A stretch of DNA of 38,224 bases from Deltaproteobacteria bacterium. Lineage in GTDB: Bacteria; Desulfobacterota; UBA8473. This document shows, in pieces, positions 37,416 to 38,224 of the stretch (the first letter of the stretch is position 1; each line of letters starts with the position of its first letter). Both the position numbers and the translations under genes were made by a program. The stretch is taken from positions 1 through 38,224 of the forward strand of contig DAOWME010000003.1 of assembly GCA_030643245.1 (NCBI GenBank), read 5' to 3'. The notes under the pieces were generated by a model. It did not search any database and was not told the origin of the DNA. It saw only the letters and a list, made by a program, of their open reading frames with translations.

Positions 37416-37717
37416 GGGGCGAGGCCGAAATAACTTCCTCATTTGTACATCTCATCTTCAGGCCATCTTTGAACGATCTTCAAACACAAAATCCTCGAAA
37501 TAGGTAAGACTATTCGGCATCCTTCATACATCGGTTTACACTTTTTAAATTATGGCTGCTGAATCTATGCCGAGACCGTTTTTTTATTCGAAAGAGTAAA
37601 CTACTTTATAGCTTTTATGAAGGATGCCGACTATTCCTGTGGTTTTGTATTTTCAGATCGAACAAATCTGACCTAAATCTGAGCGCCAACTTGAGGAAGT
37701 TATTTCGTCCCCGTCCC
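37416..37717 (+). mobile_element. MITE family A, copy 3 (with nested element)
   Basis: TIRs ggggcgaggccgaaataacttcctca / tgaggaagttatttcgtccccgtccc; TAA duplicated at 37413-37415 and 37718-37720. Confidence 0.9.
37516..37628. mobile_element. MITE family C (113 bp) nested in family A copy 3
   Basis: Perfect 13-bp TIR ggcatccttcata / tatgaaggatgcc. 8-bp duplication gactattc at 37508-37515 and 37629-37636; the empty site is present in copies 1 and 2. Confidence 0.92.
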
Positions 37718-37727
37718 TAATCTAGTG

Positions 37728-37870
37728 CCCCGATTTCAATCGGGACTGAAGACCTTCGTGGCCTTGGATACTAAATCATAAGGCCCTTAGATGGAGCAAA
37801 GTGCACAAATAAAAAGGCCACAAAGTTCTCTTTCCCCGATTTCAATCAGGATTAAAGACCTTCGTGGCCT
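37728..37870. repeat. Two 37-bp direct repeats (37728-37764 and 37834-37870)
   Basis: ccccgatttcaatcRggaYtRaagaccttcgtggcct, 34/37 identical, separated by 69 bp. Confidence 0.85.
37807..37870 (-). terminator. Terminator/attenuator hairpin in the TonB-receptor leader
   Basis: On the minus strand aggccacgaag pairs with ctttgtggcct, followed by ttttattt. Confidence 0.65.
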
Positions 37871-37990
37871 GTTAGTTTTTTACCTTGTTTAAAAAGCAGT
37901 GGCCTATCTATTCACTCAAACTTCTTGCATTCATGCAAAGAATCTTCCGGTCCTTCAGAACCGTCTTTTCTTAAGCCACCAGTTTGTATT

Positions 37991-38018
37991 ATTATAACCT
38001 TCCCGGCTGCCATGTCAA
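37991..38018 (-). promoter_or_regulatory. Consensus sigma70 promoter for the TonB-chelatase operon
   Basis: Minus strand TTGACA-N16-TATAAT. Confidence 0.75.
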
Positions 38019-38113
38019 GGATTTATTTTTTGCAAGATAGTAAGAAATATTTTTCTGTGTTATAAAGGGTGTTAAAATAATATAGTAAAACATCATAAAA
38101 ATCAATTGATTAA

Positions 38114-38224
38114 GGAGCGAGGCCGAAATAACTTCCCCATTTGTACATCTCATCTTCAGGCCATCCCCCGATCGGGGTCGAGGACAGGCTTTGACCGATC
38201 TTCAAACACAAAATCCTCGAAATA
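38114..38224 (+). mobile_element. MITE family A, copy 4 (right end cut off by window edge)
   Basis: TAA followed by ggagcgaggccgaaataacttcc; same 24-bp insert (38166-38189) as copy 2. Confidence 0.88.

Noticed and set aside
37383-37442. ORF-track start of the TonB receptor at 37442
   Set aside because: It lies inside MITE copy 3. TTG 37382 has an RBS and yields a signal peptide.
37728-37870. 37-bp repeats containing ATTTCAATC as a mini CRISPR array
   Set aside because: Only two units, a 69-bp spacer that itself pairs with the repeat, and no cas genes in the window. A terminator/leader structure explains it better.
37871-37990. Cobalamin riboswitch upstream of the TonB receptor
   Set aside because: Only GCCACTG is present. 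The GGGAA..GGTG..AA.CC core, a downstream GGGAAG and the AGYCAGRAGACC elements are not found in order.
1-38224. Circular element or 38-kb composite transposon, because both ends lie in the same repeat
   Set aside because: The terminal copies differ (24-bp insert and SNPs), and there is no transposase, integrase or replication gene. Assembly breaks at a multicopy repeat are the simpler explanation.

Overview
A 38 kb segment, most likely from a sulfate-reducing Desulfobacterota-type bacterium (inferred from gene content). It carries the whole dissimilatory sulfate-reduction pathway in one co-oriented 24 kb block: fdx, two hypotheticals, TPR, dsrABDN, nitrilase, dsrC, OsmC-like, dsrT, dsrMKJOP, fdx, aprBA, YkgJ-like, qmoABC, sat. 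The pathway looks reductive (dsrD present; no dsrL or dsrEFH in the window) but mosaic: AprA resembles the short Gram-positive type and Sat resembles the sulfur-oxidiser type. Two copies of an 18-bp palindrome, TGAATGAAnnTTCATTCA (similar to the TetR/FadR box), sit at promoters upstream of the dsr genes. To the right are a Cys-rich regulator module (HTH protein, PAS kinase, receiver), a DUF445 gene bracketed by MITE ends, and a Mog-glycerate kinase fusion. The last operon encodes a heme-type TonB receptor, a CobN/ChlH-like chelatase and a small secreted protein, behind a consensus promoter and an attenuator-like leader. Intergenic DNA holds several non-autonomous MITE/REP families, including one MITE nested in another. 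Family assignments come from motif recognition only; no searches were run.
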